From NCBI GenBank assembly GCA_964252035.1, contig OZ176213.1: DNA of 64,000 nt; one strand, given 5' to 3'. This stretch comes from Podarcis erhardii. Taxonomy: Eukaryota. The position numbers and the translations under genes were made by a program. Positions 30,401 to 45,400 of the stretch are shown here, in pieces. The notes under the pieces are model-generated. The model did not search any database, was not told the origin of the DNA, and saw only the letters and a program-made list of their open reading frames with translations. Within the stretch, counting starts at the first letter, position 1. The number at the start of each line of letters is the position of its first letter.

Positions 30401-33400
30401 CCCGACCTGGTTTGGAGGCTGGCGGTGGGGAGAAGCGCGCTTCTCCCCGCCGCCAGCCCCACAAGCTCGGGGGACAGCGGGGAGGTGCAGCGCCGCCATC
30501 CCGCTGTTCCCCGACCTGGTTTGGGCTTCAGGCAGATATTCGAAGCTGTGGGAGCCCAGCGGGAAGTCGCGCTGGTCTCCCAAGGCTTGCGGAGAGCTGC
30601 CTGTTCTGGGGGCTGGGGTCGGGGGAAGCTCGGGCTTCCCCCGGCCCAGCCCCGCGCGGGGGGGGGGGGATAATTTTTTTTTCTTTATTCCCCCCCAAAA
30701 AAAAAACCGTAGGTGCGTCCTATGGGGCGAAAAATACGGTATATACCCAACTTGCAAGTTTGTATTAGCTTATATACCAAAGAAAACTAATTATACAATC
30801 CTGGCAATAACCACCTCGGATTTCTCTTTAGACTTGCCAACAGAGTAGCTAGAATGTGATTTATTCAGAAGATGCATTTCCAGTCTGTGTTGGCTGGTGT
30901 ACTCAACTTGTGAAATCGTTAAATATGAGTTCAAGTTGGAATTTGCATGTAGCTTTGTGGATAGACTTTGATGATTATTTAGTCATGTGCTAATATAGTA
31001 TGTTAGATGATCACCAAATATTGAGAGATGTGCTATAAAGAGGGATGGCAGCAGAGTGAGTGAGTGAATCCCAGCCTAGCTTAATCTCATAATAATAACA
31101 ACAATCAACTTGGTGGTTGCTTGTTCTGTATGCCAGTGTTGATTCTTGGTCTTTTGCTTCCAGGTTTGTGTCTCGTACAGCAGCTTTCGGCCCTTCCTTA
31201 ATTGCTTTGCTTTCTTATTGGCAGGAATGTTGTTTCCTAGCCCTGTAAATAGGTCCAAGATTAACATGGGGACTTGTGTGATGGCTGTTAAAATCAGTAA
31301 AGTAGGGGGAATGATTCCCTACATGTGACCCATGACAAACTTTCAAAAACTGGTGCTTGCTTGAACTTTTGGATCTGCAAAGTGTAGTGCTCACTTTGTA
31401 GAACAACTTTGTTCTTCTCTAATTTCTATGAGCCAGCATGGCTAGTAGCCATAGATTATGGAAGTTGTAGTCAAGTAACCCCTAGAGGGCCACACAGTTC
31501 CTCCACTCTTGGTTTATGGACAGCAAAGCCAGTAAAAGGAGTGGTGTGAGGAGTATCAGTGAAGTAAGCATCCACAGGGATGATAGGCATTGTAGTCCAA
31601 CAGCTTCTGGAGGGCAACAGATTGGAAAAGCCTGTCCTAAGGGAAAGGGGCATTTGCGGTCTGTCTTCCCCACCAGGAGAAAGGTAATTGCTTTCATTTC
31701 CCTTTGTGCTTTCTGATACAACTTCTATCTACACTAGCAGGAGAAGATGAATTTTCAGTGGCGTGAAGTCAGGGTTCCACAAATGCACTTGCCAAATTGC
31801 TGTTGGCGACTGTGAATCTAATTAAAGCACACCCACAAACTCAAATCTCAGCACATGATATCTCTTCCCCTGCATTTTTTTTGTACAAACGTAAATAATA
31901 AAACATGACGTGACTAACAAAAAATGGATCACTAGGGAAGTAAAATACGAAACATTATTTTATAGTACATAATAATCAGGTGATTTCAATAAACCAGTAA
32001 AATGAATTCTTCAATAAATCAAATTCGAAAACACAGAGTAATACGGGAAAGTTAATGAATAGTACCTGGTTATCTATGCTATATTGCAATGTATGTGTTA
32101 TTTTAATTGTATATTTAATAAAATCACACCATACCTTGTAAAACTACTTGTTTCTCTGTCCCCTTGCCACCTACAATTTTTTGCGACAGCTTTTCCATTG
32201 TTTCCCAGACTATACTATACCAGTGATCAATATTCATTAAATTCAAGGTTTTCCAAGTTCTGGCTATTACCGTTCTAGTTGCTTTTAATAAATGTGTTAT
32301 TAATTCCTTCCTAATTTGTCCGTATCTGGAATATATAAATTAAGTAAGGCTAATGCTGGTGTTACTGGAATTGTCTGAGCTATAATCTGAGATAACCCTT
32401 TTAAAACTTTCTTCCAAAATTCTACTTTTTGTGGACATTCCCACCACATATGTTGGTATGTACCTATAATTTGGCATCCTCTGCAACACAACAGAGAGCT
32501 ATTTGGCTGTGTATAAGATAGGCACCTCAGTGTTAAATAACACCCATTCAGTTTTTAGTGAATATTCCCTAGGATTTGCTGACATATTTATATGGTGCTT
32601 TGGTCCATATAAAAATTCTATTTATCTTCTTCAATGTTTATATCCCAATTTAATTCCCACCAACTTCTTATATTTTGTTGGGGCAAAATTGCTTCTCAGT
32701 AAGTTTTTTATAAAAGGGAAAGTAATCCCTTAGTCCTCTTCCCCTGCATTATGGTGGCAGGGGGGCTTGTTTTGTGCCAAGCAGGAAATACAGACCTGCC
32801 CTTCCCTCAAATCTCCCAGCACTTGTACAGAGGATTTGAGGGAAGGGACCAGCTGCTCACTTTGGGTTGGTGTTTTCATACACTTGGAAGCATCAGAACT
32901 CTTTGTATTACAGTTTGAAGGTACTGACAAGAAGTGAGAAACTGACACATTTTCTCTCCAAAGCTGCTTTTTTTGTTGGGTGTCATGGAAAAAAAGTTAC
33001 AGATAGGTAGCCGTGTTGGTCTGCCATAGTCAAAACAAAATAAAAAAATTCCTTCCAGTAGCACCTTAAAGACCAACTAAGTTAGTTCTTGGTATCAGCT
33101 TTCGTGTGCATGCACACGAAAGCTCATACCAAGAACTAACTTAGTTGGTCTTTAAGGTGCTACTGGAAGGAATTTTTTTATTTTGTTATGGAAAAAAGGG
33201 TCATTGGTCATCTGCAAGTAACAGCTGGCTAAGACCACCAGCTAAAACTTGTAGATTCATGTATGACACCTCCCTATAAAAAAGACTCGATATTTTTATG
33301 CACCTGTATACACCTTTCATATCTAATCCCAAATCTGCCTTTTTTCTTGTTGTGTTTTTTAAAAATTAAGCTTGAATGTTGCTGACTGCCGGTTGGCTAT

Positions 33401-36400
33401 TTTGTTGCATGTTTTGTTGTTACCTATTTAATCATGTATTCATGGGTGTCATTAGGGTTGGACAGTTTTTAATAATGAATGAAACCATAGCAAGATTTGG
33501 ATTACAAGACTTCCATCTACATATTGTATAATATTGAATTGTCTAGGAGGTGTAAGTATCTGTGTCAGTTTCACTTCTCAGCAGTGATGTAGGGCCAAAA
33601 TATTTTCATTTCTAAAAATTCATTGCTTTGTAAAATTCATTAGTTGATGCCAGTGTAACATTAGACAAACATGTTTTCTGCATGGCAGTTTCAAAGTTGT
33701 AATAAAATGTTTTTCATGTGATTGTTCTTAGAAAATGGAAGAGAGTACATTTTGTTTTGTAAACAGGTAAAATACAAATACAAACCAAGTATGAATTCAT
33801 CAGATTGGCTGTGCAGTTAAAATCAATGCCAAACCTAAAATCCATATAAACTTGGGGCTGCAAGTGTGTTTATATTTAGTTGAAGTCAAATATTCAAAAT
33901 CAAATTATGCTCTGTTTAAAGCATCAGTATTTTTCTAACTAAAAATTATCTGGAAAACCCGCATCACTGCTTCTCAAATAGTAATAAAATATGATGTTTG
34001 TCTAATCCAGTGCATTTAGCCTATCTCAGTTGTTAACTTCAGGTTCCAAGCAGCCTTAAAGTGCACAGCTTGACCAATAACTGCTGGTAGAATTTGAAAA
34101 ATATGAGGGGCCTGATCATCTAGGCCAGTGTTTTTCAAACTTGGGTTGCCAGGTGTTGTTGGAGTACAACTCCCTAGCTGGCAGGACTAGTGGTCAGGGA
34201 TGATGAGACTTCTAGTCCCAACAACAGTTAAGAACCAAGTTTGAGAAACACTGGTCTAGGCTAAGAATTACGGCATTTCCCCATTCTTTAGGACTTGCTG
34301 CTTAATTTGATTCTGCCACCTAATTCATGGAAATCCTTTCACCCCACCCAACCATGCCTATTAGTCTTTCTCCTGTGTGGACTAGCTGTTTCCACCTTGA
34401 CCTACCATGGTGTTTGTAACTTGTCTTATGATGGCTAAGTGTGCAAACTGTCACCAAAGCTCTGCAAACTATTGCTTAGAAATATGATTGTGTGTGAGGG
34501 AGCTTAAGCTTTGGGTTGGCAGTGGATCCCCAGGTGTTTCATATTGCAAGAAACTTAAATTATTTATTTTATTATTTAGTATTTTATACAGTATGGCCAG
34601 GATCCAGAGTTCCTGTGAGTCAAGTCAAGGCACTGGATGCTCCTGCTGTAGGAAGGGGGGAAAGTGATTTCTGTCATTTGCTTCTTCCTCGCCCTGGGTC
34701 CCCCGAAAATCTGCTCCAAAAGGAACGTTGGCAACTGTATCAGAGGAACTGCAGAAAGGGGAAGAGGAATCAGCTAATATATTTCTGCTCCCCTCCCCCC
34801 CTTTGGGGGGGAGCCTCCATAGGCACTCATCCTCGTCTGCAAATACAAGGCACATTCTAGTCCCAAGCCTATATCTTTTAGCATATAATGATCTGTGCAG
34901 TCTATTATCTCTTGCAGTCTAAGCCCAAGTTACACTATTGCTTTTTCTTTCTTTTTTTGTAAACAAGCCTGTGGAGTCATGGAAACAGACTATTTTGATA
35001 GAGCTTAGCAGTATGGCTTGCCTGTGCTGATTTAATCTAAACTGAGATAAACAGGCCTTAAGTCAAGGACTATGCATCTTGTGTGTTAAACTGTATGAAT
35101 TTAAAACGAGCTTTATGATAAGTTGTTTTACATGGATTTTGTAGACAGCAAGGAAAGGCAACATAAATATAAGCAATAGCCTCGATATTGTGAATAACAT
35201 TCATTGGAAACCGCATTTATGTATATTATCTAGTAGACTACAAAATCAGGACCATTATTGCAGTGTTTTGTGGTTACCTTAGGTTATTACTTAATCTCTG
35301 CATTATTATTTTTCTAGACAACCCTCCATTCCTTGGGTTAAAAATTCTTCCCAAAATTTGGTTTGTGTAAGAGTTTGAGGCAAAACCCTTCATATTCTTT
35401 GCCCAACCTAGGCCCTAGAAGGTTTGGAACCACTGAAAAAGATCCACAAGATATTAACATGATTTGTGGAAGCATCATGGAAAAGAAGCTGAATAGACAT
35501 TGTGAAGTGTGTATAACCTGTTTTTCAGATTGTACTCAAGTAAAAACATAGCACCTGGACCTCTGAGACTTGGTCTTTCAATCAATTGTACATTATACAC
35601 CAACATTTTCTCCACTTGGACTATTACTAGAAATGGTATAACAATCAGACAGTGAACTATTGGCATATAATAGCTAGGGCAAAACATATCCTGCGCCCCT
35701 TTATTTCTGACAGGTTCCAGTATTTGAGGTACCTTACTGCTGTGTGCACTCCATTTCCCTTCCATGTAAAGTAGTTGCATGAACAATTCAGAATAAGTTA
35801 CTTAAAAGTGACTGCAGCACATTCTTTCATGAGAAAATCATTAGGTTTCCATATTTAGCAGCATTAAAGAGAACCTCAATACATGAAGCTAATGAAAATG
35901 CACATTCTTTGACCAGCCTGAAACAAACTTAGATTTTTAGGGCTATTTTCTTAAATGCGTCCTAGTAAAAAAAGTCAGAAAATGTTGCAGATAACCTTTT
36001 TCCCGGGGGGGGGGGTGTCAGACAGGTATACAGTGGTACCTCAGGTTAAGAACTTAATTCGCTCTGGAGGTCCTTTCTTAACCTGAAAGTGTTCTTAACC
36101 TGAAGCACCACTTTAGCTAATGGGGCCTCCCACTGCTGCTGCGCGATTTCTGTTCTCATCCTGAAGCAAAGTTCTTAACCTGAGGTACTATTTTTGGGTT
36201 AGCGGAGTCTGTAACCTGAAGCGTCTGTAACCCGAGGTACCACTGTATTGCCTAAAATAAAATGCAGAGGTTTGGGGTGGTAGTCAACAAAGTTTTAGTC
36301 AGAGTAGATCCTTTTAAATTAATTAATTTCATTAAGTTAGGCCTATTAGTTTCAGTGAGTCTACTCTGAGTAAAATTAGTTGAACGCTACCCTTTAAAAA

Positions 36401-39400
36401 CCTGTTTTCTAAGTACTTTTCCCAGTTGACCTCCAGGCAGGGCTCACCAGTGTGTTGCACTTAAGATGTCATTGAACTCCCAATTCCATCAGCCCCAACC
36501 ACCACAGCCAAAGGTCAGAAATCTTGGGAATTAGCGTCCATTGTCCAGTAACATCCAGAAGGCACAACATTGGCTTCTTATATGTTAGCTCATATTTTAT
36601 TGTTTGTAGAATCTTAACTTTAAACCATTTCTGTTCTGTGACAATGGAAGATGTATAAAACCATTCACCCTACCTAAGCTAAGGGTCTAGTGATACTGTG
36701 AGCATATGTAATCTGTCCCCCCCCCCCTTCATTTTCTATGGGGTAGTATCTCTAAGGAGTACAACATGGTGTGTGTGGAGAATTTTGTAAGCTGTAAACT
36801 TAAAACTCGCATGCCTGTCTTTTGTCATGAATACATGTCTAGATGAGACCATGTGCTCCAGGGAGCAGTTTTCATATATAATCATGTAGATAGATGTCAA
36901 TGTTATTCCATATATGGTAGCTCTCTTTGTGAGGAAACAGTCAAATGTGAACAGTCCTTGGATCTGGACTCTTCAGATATTGTGGGACCCAAGAGATCCT
37001 ATTTTAATTTGAAAGTAGTGCATTTAAGGAATTGCTAGCTTTGATCTGGGATTCGATGGATAATACAGTTATGAGATTCAACCTGGTATGGTCCTGAGGC
37101 AATCTGTACTCCTTGCAAGCTAAACATGCATGCAACCAATTTATGCAGGAGAAATGAAAAGGGGGTAGTTGAAAATTTAGGAAAACCAAGCATGTTTCTG
37201 GTTTATTTTTCTGGTTGCTTTATTTGTCCTGCTGACATCTGCCCTTGGGAGGCTTGTCACAAGGATTGTAAATAGCCACTGAGCTGAATGCCTGTGGCAA
37301 AAAAGAATTCCCTTCAGGTGAAGAAGCTGGGAAATTTGATGATTAAAAAAAGACTGATTTTGCAGGCAGTCCAGCAAATGTGTCTGGATATGTTTGTAAG
37401 TCAACTTGTTATGCATGGGAACATGCACTCAAGAAGATATTAGCAAGATTTTGCCTCAGTTCCAGGGAAGAGGACATTCTTTAGCATCCATGGAAGAATA
37501 TTGTCCTGGATTCATACTTTCCCCCCTAAATTGCTCTCAGTTTTCTTTTCTAGTAGTACTGTGTAAGTGAAGAATGTTGAAGAGTTGCTGCGGTTTGTCA
37601 TAGCCATTGGCTGACTTCTGGTTTTTCTATAGGGGGAAGCTGGGCCGATACCCTCCTTGGCCAGGAAAGGTGAGTTCTAGTGTGCACTTCACTTGCTTTT
37701 TGGTGTTCTCTTTATTGGGGTAACATATTTTTATTAATGTCAAATGCAATGTGTAGATCTACATTTCCTGCAATTATCAGTTGACCCACAGCATGTTACA
37801 TAAACCAAAGTGAATGTAGACCAGTTTAGGCGGGTTTTGAAATCAGTTGTACTCCTGGATGTAGCTACTTAGCCCTTTTTCTGTCTTTCTGAAAAACTGC
37901 TTTCCCTTTTTTCATAAATAAGCCCTGACACTACCCTCAAATAAAATGTGCAATCAGATCTTATGAATGAAATAAGTCCCATTTGCGTTCAGAGGGACTT
38001 TCACTCAGATGACAATGAATAACTGCCAAAGGAAAATTTTGAAGGCTAAAGATTTATTTGTAAATGTATTTTTGTTTTGCAAAAGCTCCAGATTTAGGCC
38101 TAAATAATATCCACCAGAAAGGGACGCGGGTGGCGCTGTGGGTTAAACCACAGAGCCTAGGACTTGTCGATCAGAAGGTCGGCGGTTCAAATCCCCACGA
38201 CGGGGTGAGCTCCCATTGCTTGGTCCCTGCTCCTGGCAACTTAGCAGTTTGAAAGCACGTCAAAATGCAAGTAGATAAATAGGTACCACTCCAGCGGGAA
38301 GGTAAACGGCGTTTCCGTGCACTGCTCTGGTTCGTCAGAAGCAGCTTAGTCATGATGGCCACATGACCTGGAAGCTGTACGCCGGCTCCCTCGGCCAATA
38401 AAGCGAGATGAGCATCACAACCCCAGAGTCAGCCACGACTGGACCTAATGGTCAGGGGTCCCTTTACCTTTACCTTTACCTTTACCTTTACCTTTAATAT
38501 CCACCAGAAGTTCCATGATGTTATGCTGAGAGATGCCATGCTGGTGGAATCACACATAGTTGGCCTGGCGTGCAGTTGCTGGGGGGCAGGCTCTGGGGGG
38601 CCCTGTAGAGATTAATCGGTTCAGCCAGGCTGGTGAAAAGGAGTTGCTCAGTGGTATGGTGTGTCCATGTCATTTGTACCTTACAAAGCTACTCAGTCTT
38701 GTTCTCTTGTGCCGTTACTCTAGATCTGCAGGAAAAGCATGCTCATGTAGCATAATTCATTGCTTGGGTTTGATTCTCTTACAGAAATGCTGTCAGCCTG
38801 TTTTTCATTCTCTGGCCTCTCACAGTTCTGTGTATAAAAGAATGGAACATCTTAGCAAAATTTTAGTAGGAGGATCTCAGTGTGGGCGTTTCAATATCGA
38901 TTCAGTATCTGTGTGCTAGAATCAAAGGCACAGTTACTGCAATTACTTTATTTCATTATTTGATATATCACCGATTAGTACAGTGTTTGATTGCTTCCAT
39001 TCACTCGGATAAATGATTGACGAGTGTGACAAATGTCTGGATTTATCTCCTGAAAAGCTGGTGCTTTTGTAGCATTTACCTTGCAATTCAGTTTGTTACT
39101 CTAGGGATAATTACAGTCTGTCCTGATGCTGTGTTGTTTATGGTGTGCTTAACTATGCAAAGCCTGTTGCAGAATTACCATCTAAACTTAGTCAATATTA
39201 GTGTAACTGGCGTGATTGCGAGGCATCATGCTGTGAACAGCATAATACACAGATAGCCTCATTTGCTTGTTGATTGACATGAGTGGTGCAAGTTGTTAGG
39301 GTACATCCTAGTGACCCAGACTCCTAAAACGTGTTACACAAGTAGTTTGACATAATTGATTTCCAGAAAAATCTCAGAATGAGATATTTTTACATATACC

Positions 39401-42400
39401 TGTAAAAACATACATGCATTTTTGTAATAAGCTTAGCCCAAAGTTTTAAGAGTAGCACTGCACTCAGGAATATGGGCCTTCTTTTTCTGGCGTGAATATA
39501 CCTTTAGTTACAAGGTATTTCCCCTCTCCCCCCCCCCCCAAATAATCTTGTTTCACAACAGTCTTTACCAATACATGCAAAGATTTTGGAGCGGGGGGGG
39601 GGGTGGAGAATGTTTGAAAAGTTCCGTTTTTATTACCTCTAATTGTGGCTTCCTGTGTTTCTCTCTCAGATTGTTAACCCGCCTAAGGACCTGAAGAAGC
39701 CTCGTGGGAAGAAGTGCTTCTTTGTGAAGTTTTTTGGGACTGAAGATCAGTATGTACCCACTTCTTTTCTGCCAGGGGGATCTATTTTTAAACTTTAGAG
39801 CCTTTGTAAAAAAGCTGGCACAGTAAAAATAGTCTTAATTTATCAGCTAGCAGCAGAAACCTCTAGAGCCTATGTGCTGGTCAAGGCTGAAGAAGCTGAT
39901 GTACCAGCTTACCTAGGCATCAGAAATGTCCATAGCTTTTTTAAGACAGTTTAACACACATCCACATTCCCTGCATTAGGAAGAATTTGACAGCATGTAG
40001 TTGGCATTGAGATTTATATCAAGGCTGGGGAACCTGTGGCCCTCCAGATGTTGGACTTCAGCTCCCATCAGCCCAGCTAGCATGGCCAGTGGTCAGGGAT
40101 GATGGGCATTCTAGTCAAGTAATACCTGGAGGGCTGCAGGTTTAATGTTTGGTTTGTTAATTTGAAAGTCAGACTCGCATACTGAATATTGTTGCAGTTG
40201 ATATTAGTGATGTCCAGTGAAATAGGAAGAAACTGGTTGGTGTAAAAAAACTGAAAAGCAGTCTAGTTGATTCTCTCCCCGCCCCCATCAAAGGCAGGCA
40301 TTTTTGACCATCTTCATTTGCAAAATTCAAACTTCTGGGTTCCATAAACAAGTGGAGCAGGAAGTAAAGAGGTACCTCTGTGGCATGTACAGAGAACCAA
40401 GGGAAGAGGTCAGGCATTTGCCTCATGGTGGATTTTGCAAACACTTTGTCTGCACAGCCCATTGGTAACTGCGTGAACAATCCCAGGAGAACCTTCTATA
40501 TTGTATCATAATCATCCATCCCTCTGTTTCTGCTTCAAGTCTTCCCGTGCTTGAGGAGCTGGAGCCCAAACTGCATCAACCACGTACAAGAGAGAGGTAT
40601 TAGCAGATTCAAGATACAACAGAGGTTTGCGGGTGCTCAGTAATCTTCAGTGGAAAAAACCAACAAAGGGGTTTGGGAAATCCCCCATACATCCCCATAA
40701 GAATTCAGTGATACAAAATGTTGAACGAGGAAAAATAAAAACCTGATAACCATGTGGAAGGAAAGATTTAATGAGGAGTGAACAAAAAGTACTCTGTGTT
40801 GCTACATTTTGTTGTAGGTTGCACTTATACAAATAATAATAATAATATTTTTTTGTTTATACCCTGCCCTCCCCAGCCAAGGCCGGGCTCAGAGCGGCTT
40901 ACAAGCAATAATAAAAACAAGATGAATGATTACAAACTTAAAAACAAAAATAAAATACAACATTAAAATAATGGAACATTAAAATATTAAAATGTAGCCT
41001 CATCGCAGGAGGAGAAGGAAAAGAAGGGGGGGGAAAGTATTTCTACTGAGATATATGAACCAATGATCTGATTCTGTAAGCATCCACACGTGATAATTTC
41101 ATTTAAAAACTGGGCCATTGTGTCAATATTCAACACATTATGCTTTAGACAACAGCATAAACTACTCCTTTATACTTCCTTTTTCTTTTTCTGAAGCTTA
41201 AATATTTGGACTGACAGTGCCACACGAGAGAGTGCTTATTTTCTAGTCAGGTATATGTCCTCTAATAATTGGGGCATACCTGTCAGTGCTTCAAGGCTGT
41301 TGCTATTCCTCACCCTTAGGTAGTTCCATTTTTTGTAAATTCTTTAAACCTTACATTTTTATATTGTTGTAACCTGCTATGGGAGCTTATGGTGAAGAGC
41401 AGGTAGGAAATAATACAACATCATGAGATGGGAACAAAAAAGGAGAAGGGAGAAACTGCAGTGTGCTTTTATTTGCTGTGGAAACTTTTGAAAAGTGGGT
41501 CGAATGGTCTGGAATCCTGTTTAGTTCCAGCATAGATTAATGAACAGATTGCAAATGAAAACGTTGATGTACCAAACCAAATAGCAGTATGGCATGTAGT
41601 TTATAATATAATTCGGTGAAGCAGGTTGGCTAAAGAGCAAGCCCGGAGGAATGTATTAATCATGTCCTGTTGAATGATTTCTGTCTGCTGAGCAGTGGAT
41701 ATTTCATTCAAGTACAGGCTACATCTTATGTATAAGGGAAAGGGAAGATATAAGGAGGGCTCTGTGTGCTGCAGTTTGAGGGGGGCGTAGAAGATTGTAT
41801 TGCAAAAAAATAGTTTCCTGAGGCAAGCACAGTAAGTTTCTAGCCCTTACTGTGTTTATAGAAACAGGAGAGTTGATGCAAAGTACATTTATACTTTAAA
41901 CTGTCCTGTCATCCTTGGCTGAAGGGCAGTATATAAAATTATTAAATAAAAAATAAGCATTTCTATGATGCAGAATTTATTCTTATCACATAACTGGGAT
42001 AAGAGTGGGATTTTAAAAAATCATTTAGTAAACCTTTGTGACCTGTGTCTAATCCTCAGGTGAGCCTTTGAGTCACAGTCATTCACTTTAAGTGGGAATT
42101 TAGTTACCATCTGACAAAGTGTGATAATGCTCTGTTAATCCTGGTTATCTCCTCCAGTTTCTGTAATGGAAACAAAGCAGTACCTCCAGTAATGAAGCAG
42201 CATTCAGGCAAGTGCCCTCCACCCATACTTTTGAGGAAAAACAACATAAACCTGAAGTAGTCAAGGAAAAAATCCAATGTACCTTCTGACAAACTAATTT
42301 ACAGCCCATTTGTATAATATTTGCAACAATAACTAATAATAATAATAAATTTGTTAATTATACCCTGCCCATCTGGCTGGGCCTCCCCAGCCACTCTGGG

Positions 42401-45400
42401 TGGCTCCCAACAGAATATTAAAAACACGATAAAACATCAAACATTAAAAACTTCCTTAAACAAAAACTATATGATGTTTTTCACCACTCAAAGTACTTTA
42501 CATGTGTTTTCTTATTGTAGTCTTTAACAGACACCCTGTAAGGTAGATCAGTATTATCCCCAAAGTGCAAATAGTGGGGGGAGACTGAGATCGTTAGGCT
42601 GAATTCATGGTAGAGGTAAAGTTTGAACCAGGGTCATCCTTACGTAGTTTAGCCTCTTATCTACTGTTCCACACCAGCTCTCTATGTATGATTAGGAACA
42701 TCATATTATAGAGCCATTTGGGAATACGACTTAAAACTGTAGGTCTTGCCAGATGCAGAAATTTTGTGCATCTAGGAGAGAGTTTCTGGCATATTGTTTT
42801 GGTATGCCTATGTGTGCTGTGTGCATTTCACAAGACTTCACAATAGAAGACTTCCCAAGTGACTCTTTTGTGCTGTATTTGGTTGAAACAACCTCCCTCT
42901 CCTGCCAGAAACAGGAAGAAGTCAGTATGCATGTTTTTATAGTGTATATCTCCCTAAAACACCTGATTGTAGGCTTCTGGGAAGAAACTGAATAGTTGAC
43001 CATTAAAAAAAATAATAATGCATAAATATTTGACTGAAACATTTCTTTTTAACCAAGTAATAGTTATGGCTTGTGGGCCCAGTTATGTCCACCAAGCCTC
43101 TCCTTTTGGCTTGAGAGACAATTTTAGCCAAGCCACAGCCACCTGCCCTGAATGTGATGTCATATACAATGTCAGTGTGAGGCAGGTAAATTCATATATT
43201 GCTGCTGAAACTCTGTTTACGTGTGCAATTTGATTGCAAACTGTTGCCTCACAATTCAACTTTCTGTTTGTTTTTTTTATTTATTTTTAAAGGCAAGTTT
43301 CTAGTAGAAATATTCTTGAATGTATGTGTCTGTGAATCTTGAGAAATCTTAACTCTTGAGGGTTTGCTGAATAAGACATTCAGAGTTAGATATACGGCTT
43401 TAGTGCTATGCTTGCCTTCGTATTCTTTCCCATAGTTCCCTTTTTCAGAATAAGGAGACAGGTGCTATTCATACAGCTTTCCTTGATGCAGAATTGAGTT
43501 ACCTCTACGCCTGGGCAACGCTTTGCCGGCAGCCTCCCCCCCTTTCCCACTTCCATAGGAGACTTGGGAGCGGTGGGCCGGTCTGCGGCACTGCCCCACA
43601 CTCCCGGACTGCTTCCTGGTATAAGCTCCTGATATAAGCACTGGGAATACCCAATGCTGAACATGACTATAACCAACTTTAATAAGTGAACGGGCATTTT
43701 TGGTTTTAAAATAAAAGGAAAAAGCTCTCATTCTGGTGACTTACGGCTGCCAGAATAGTGCCAGAAAGGTCATATACATGACCTAGTTCATAATATCTTC
43801 CCCAATTTTGGAACAAAAGGGCACAACTGTGATGCCAAAACAAGGAATGGAGTTAATCCGTACACATTCTCAGTGCCCAGCCTCCTAACTAAGGCTGCTT
43901 TGTGCCTAGCTGCTTACACATAAGTAAGCTCAATTTAATTCATTAGGACTTATTTCTGAGTAGGTCTGGCTAGCATTGCACTGTATATTATTAATAATAA
44001 TATGTTTTGTCTGCAAGCTTAAATATTTGTGTGTGTGGATATGTTAAGTCAGGATAAACTGCTTTAAAACACTAAAGTCTGAAATCAATAGTAGCATAAT
44101 TCTACTAGGACCAATTCAAGTCATAGAAGAAATGAAGTGAAGCTTTTTTGAGTTCATAACTTTTATCAGGCCGGGTGAGTAGGGATTGTGAGGAAGACAG
44201 ATGTAATAGTTACTTGGCATAATGGAGAGCCCAGTTTGTGGTAATAGTTGAAGATTGAATGGAGGATAGATTGCACAGGTTGCTCACTGGGGCAAGAAAG
44301 GCTGCGCATATAACCATTCAGGCCTGACAGCGCTGATTATGAGTTAATTTCCAGGCACAATTCACGGTGCTGGTTTTGACCTATAAAGTCTTAGGTGCCC
44401 CCCCCCCAACTGACCCAGACCCTGCAATCATCATCTGAGGTCCTTCTTTTTGGGCCCCTCCACAGGCGTTCTGGAAGATGTCAATATGGGAAAGGGTCTT
44501 TTCATTGGGTTAGCTCTCTCCTAGTGGAATGCTTGCTCAGGGCAGGTTTGCCTAGCACCATTGTTGCATATCCTTAAGTGCTAGGCAAAAACATACCTTT
44601 TTAATCATTTGGATTTTAACTTTCAGTGGCCTTTTTGTGTTGGTGAGATGTTTTAATGTAGAGGGTTATTTTCCAATGCTGGTTTTAATGTATCTATGTG
44701 TTTGGTTTTTTGCTTAAAATATTCTAACTCGCTTTGAGTTGCTGTGGCAAAAAAAATGACTAATAAACTTCATAGATAATAATAAAAGAAAACCCCTTTT
44801 TTACTTAGACTTTTGGTTCTAAGAAACAAATTACTCTACTATTGCTTTTGGATTCCCTTTTTCTAATGGACCAAAATTTCTTCCCACATTGTTTTGTCTA
44901 CTAAAACTGCATACTATTCCTTGGTGCTTAAAAGTCAGGTGGAATGTGATTTTATTGAGGCGACAACTCCTTTAAACAATGGTTTTTGCAACTCCACTGG
45001 AATTCTGTAGATAGAAATTGATTTCTCTTATAAAATGATACGCATGGATTCTGATTTTTTGTTTATGTGACAGAAGTTGTAAAGTTAATAGATTACATAT
45101 AGCAACATACCTACTGAGAAGGAGAAATGTCATTTAAAACATGTCATTAGGAACAAAGTCTAGGACTTGAAATATCAGAAATGCTATAGAAATGCATATA
45201 AAAGAAAACAGAAGAGGTGAATAAGTTCCCCTTCATTCTGTAATAGTTGATTTGTGCTAAAGACAGGTGTTCTTCCTAATTCAGCTAGGTGCTGCTAAGG
45301 AATCAGAGTTTTGCACAGGTATCCTAGTTGGACAACTAACTGAAGAACAAAAACAAAACAAAAAGCACCATCCCACTCAGTTGTTTGGGAGTTGAAAGTC

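Noticed and set aside
30121-30768. 215-aa ORF that could be a transposase
   Set aside because: It spans a non-autonomous GC-rich MITE; no DDE/D or HTH motifs.
38461-38495. (ACCTTT)n hexamer tract as a telomere-like repeat
   Set aside because: It is the standard Sauria SINE tail, not TTAGGG.
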